Below, piece by piece: positions 57,809 to 60,071 of a DNA stretch of 60,071 nt. The DNA comes from Thermoplasmata archaeon (GTDB lineage: Archaea; Thermoplasmatota; E2; DHVEG-1), in the NCBI GenBank assembly GCA_030640585.1, contig DAOWIZ010000080.1, forward strand, positions 1-60,071. The letters run 5' to 3'. The notes beneath the pieces were generated by a model that saw nothing but the letters and a program-made list of their open reading frames with translations, searched no databases and was not told where the DNA came from. A program made the translations under genes and the position numbers. Positions within the stretch are counted from its first letter, which is position 1, and the number at the start of each line of letters is the position of its first letter.

Positions 57809-60071
57809 ATGAGCAATTTATTACTTGGGATTTCACCGGAATACCTGTATCTTCATGGTAGACCACCAAAAAAAGTATCAGATATGCATAAGCCATATTT
57901 TTTAGCATTTGCACCAAAAGATAGAAACATTGAATCTGCAAGAAAAGAACTTTTGAAAAAATGGGAAAACAACAGGTCAGATGAAAACATACTTGGAAAA
58001 ATAGTAGATATCGGAGCGCCTGAAACATATCATAGTTTCTGGAATTTTGGTGAAAAAAGACAAGTATTCAAAGTATTCACCAAGAAATCATATTTTGTCC
58101 CAGAAGTCAGCGATTACCTGTTTTTCTACCATAACCTGTACACCGCTGAACATGATATACCCTATAAACAACGTGCCCTTGTTGATCTAGCGGCACAGAG
58201 AAAAACATGGCTTTATGATACAAACGGTGAAAAAAAGAAACTCAAAATACTTGTATATGACATTGAGACAACACAATTTGGTGAAGGAAAAACCAATATC
58301 CCAATTGACATGATAGGATACGCAGATTTTGATTTAACATTTGAATCAAGTAAAAACCTTGATACGGAAGAATTCAGCTTTGATATCCATGACTGTCCAA
58401 ATTCATGGGAGGGCATTGAGGTCAAACAGGTCGTATCAAATAATGAAGATGAGGAGATAGAAAACCTGTATTCTTTCTGTAAAAACGTAATGAAATATGA
58501 TATTATCTCTGGGCATAACATACTTGGTTTTGACAATTTTCATATATATAACAGAGTTAACTGGGTTTTGAAAAGTCATCATGAAAATCTTTCAGAGGAT
58601 CAAAGAAAAATCTTTCAGAAATTTATAAGTAAATATAGCCGCCCCGATAAATCATTTCATTTTGGCACACGTTCAGAAGCAGTTCAATTTTACCCCACTT
58701 GCCTTGACACATACCATGGTGTTAGAAAATTTTACTTTTTTCTAAATGACTTTAGCCTTAAGGGGGTAGCACCATTTCTAGGAGTAAATATTAAGGATCG
58801 TATCATTCTCAGTCCAACTCAGATCAAGCTAGATGATAGAACCCTGAAGTATAACAAACATGATGTCCAAGAACAACTTGGAGTAACACTTAATCTGGTT
58901 CAACAGGCATTGCCACTAGCATTTACCACATGTATGCCATTTGATATGTTACTTTCTTCGGGTGCAGTCAATATGTGGGATCATATGTCTATGATAAGAG
59001 GAGCAATGCAGAAGAAAATAATGCCTCCCATATGTAGAGTAATAGGCATTTCACAGACACTGGTTAGAGATTTTAAATATTGTAAAAACAGGGAAGAGAT
59101 AGTTAAGCAGGCTAAAAAGAAAAAAGAACATCTATCCAAAGATTTTGTTCGTGTACTAAAATATGGAGATGAAATGCCTAGTTGGATGGATGATCCTTAT
59201 GTGATTTTTAATGAAAATGCAAAGGATGCTGATGATCGTCTTAATTATCATTTTCCCGGTGGAATGACAATAAAACCGGATAAAGAAGCATTTTCTGATT
59301 TTATCCCATGGTGGTATGTTGTTGTCGCTGATGTAGGGGCAATGTATCCAACTATTCTAAAGGCTATGAATATTGGTGCAGATACAGTAAGAATTGCACG
59401 TAAAGACGAAACTCCTGATGATTGGATTTGGCTTAAAAAAATTCCGAAACAGTTCCTTGATGGCAGGGATGTTAACTGGAGGGAGATTTCAAAAGAAGAA
59501 ACATATGCAGATAAAGGATATATGCTAGGTATAAAAATTGATGATAAACCTGGTGTTGTTAATTGTGCAATGACTGGCATTATGAGCATGATTGCTAAGA
59601 CTAAAAAAGAACTTAGAGAGGTGAAAAAAATAGGAGGCGGTTTAGAGCTGCAGCAACTTAAAATGATGTATCAAAGTGTCAAAGGAGCTAGAAATGCAGG
59701 AAGTCATGGAATTCTTAGTGCTCCTAGTGTTTCTGGTCGTCAGTTTAATCTTTGGGGTGCTGCTGCTATTACTACAAAGGGTCAGGCAATTCTTGCAGAT
59801 ACTTTGGATTATCTCAAGGAAAAAGATATTCGCGTTGTATATGGCGATAGTGTAGGTTCAGACACGGGCATTATCCTAAAAGAAGGTAATTTAATTAAAA
59901 TTGTTGATATAAAGGATTTGTTTGAAGAACACAACAGCAATATCTATAGAAAAGGTAACCATGAATATAAAAAACTTAACGACATAGAATGTCTTTCTGT
60001 TACAAAAAAGGGTATTTGTGAGTGGAAAAAGGCCAATTTTGTAAAACGTCATCCTTACAACAAAAATATAG
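57809..60071 (+). CDS. polB: family B DNA polymerase, 3'-truncated by the window and interrupted by an intein at motif C
   Basis: Not in the ORF track because no stop falls in the window. ATG at 57809. Exo I is LVYDIET, Exo II is GHNILGFDNF, motif A is VVVADVGAMYPT, motif B region is KGARNAGSHG, then VVYGD followed by intein sequence. Confidence 0.92.
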   Translation, partial: MSNLLLGISPEYLYLHGRPPKKVSDMHKPYFLAFAPKDRNIESARKELLKKWENNRSDENILGKIVDIGAPETYHSFWNFGEKRQVFKVFTKKSYFVPEVSDYLFFYHNLYTAEHDIPYKQRALVDLAAQRKTWLYDTNGEKKKLKILVYDIETTQFGEGKTNIPIDMIGYADFDLTFESSKNLDTEEFSFDIHDCPNSWEGIEVKQVVSNNEDEEIENLYSFCKNVMKYDIISGHNILGFDNFHIYNRVNWVLKSHHENLSEDQRKIFQKFISKYSRPDKSFHFGTRSEAVQFYPTCLDTYHGVRKFYFFLNDFSLKGVAPFLGVNIKDRIILSPTQIKLDDRTLKYNKHDVQEQLGVTLNLVQQALPLAFTTCMPFDMLLSSGAVNMWDHMSMIRGAMQKKIMPPICRVIGISQTLVRDFKYCKNREEIVKQAKKKKEHLSKDFVRVLKYGDEMPSWMDDPYVIFNENAKDADDRLNYHFPGGMTIKPDKEAFSDFIPWWYVVVADVGAMYPTILKAMNIGADTVRIARKDETPDDWIWLKKIPKQFLDGRDVNWREISKEETYADKGYMLGIKIDDKPGVVNCAMTGIMSMIAKTKKELREVKKIGGGLELQQLKMMYQSVKGARNAGSHGILSAPSVSGRQFNLWGAAAITTKGQAILADTLDYLKEKDIRVVYGDSVGSDTGIILKEGNLIKIVDIKDLFEEHNSNIYRKGNHEYKKLNDIECLSVTKKGICEWKKANFVKRHPYNKNI
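59849..60071 (+). other. N-terminal part of an intein inserted between YGD and the expected TD(S) of PolB motif C (pol-c site)
   Basis: SVGSDTGIILKEGNLIKIVDIKDLFEE... starts with Ser. It parallels the N-terminus recalled for Thermococcales pol-c inteins (SVSGESEIIIRQNGKIRFVKIKDLF). Confidence 0.75.

Overview
AT-rich archaeal (euryarchaeote-like) chromosomal segment. An unsplit rpoB, a split LplA/LplB lipoate ligase and PGF-CTERM surface proteins are compatible with a Thermoplasmata/Thermococci-like lineage, but taxonomy cannot be settled from this window. Housekeeping content: the 3' end of fhs, an RPA gene pair, archaeal DtdA, an MGMT-like protein, G1P dehydrogenase, lipoylation genes (lplB-lplA, lipA), a bacterial-type MetK, the rpoH-rpoB-rpoA'-rpoA''-L30e-nusA operon, a four-gene translationally coupled flavoenzyme operon (PDH / sarcosine-oxidase-like), AbfD, PPAT and an HDAC-family deacetylase. 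A family-B DNA polymerase runs off the 3' end of the window and carries an intein at the YGD|TD motif. There are three tRNAs: Lys-UUU, intron-containing Tyr-GUA and Thr-UGU. The accessory content is the interesting part. (1) A six-gene minus-strand cluster (6.5-17.8 kb) encodes proteins that all begin with class III (type IV pilin-like) signal peptides. Three are very large multidomain proteins, and two carry embedded Hint/intein-like autoprocessing modules. No assembly ATPase or platform gene lies nearby. (2) There is a family of TnpB-only IS200/IS605-like elements: one apparently intact tnpB that has lost its zinc finger, a 377-bp MITE-like derivative with a GC-rich structured core, a second tnpB with one in-frame TAG, a 33-bp LE-RE junction and a solo end motif. 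(3) Two PGF-CTERM surface proteins are present, one a 1461-aa S-layer-like protein with a long leader. (4) Several genes look decayed or anomalous: a DUF211-like gene, and a GT2 gene with a stop at codon 2. No CRISPR array or rRNA was seen.
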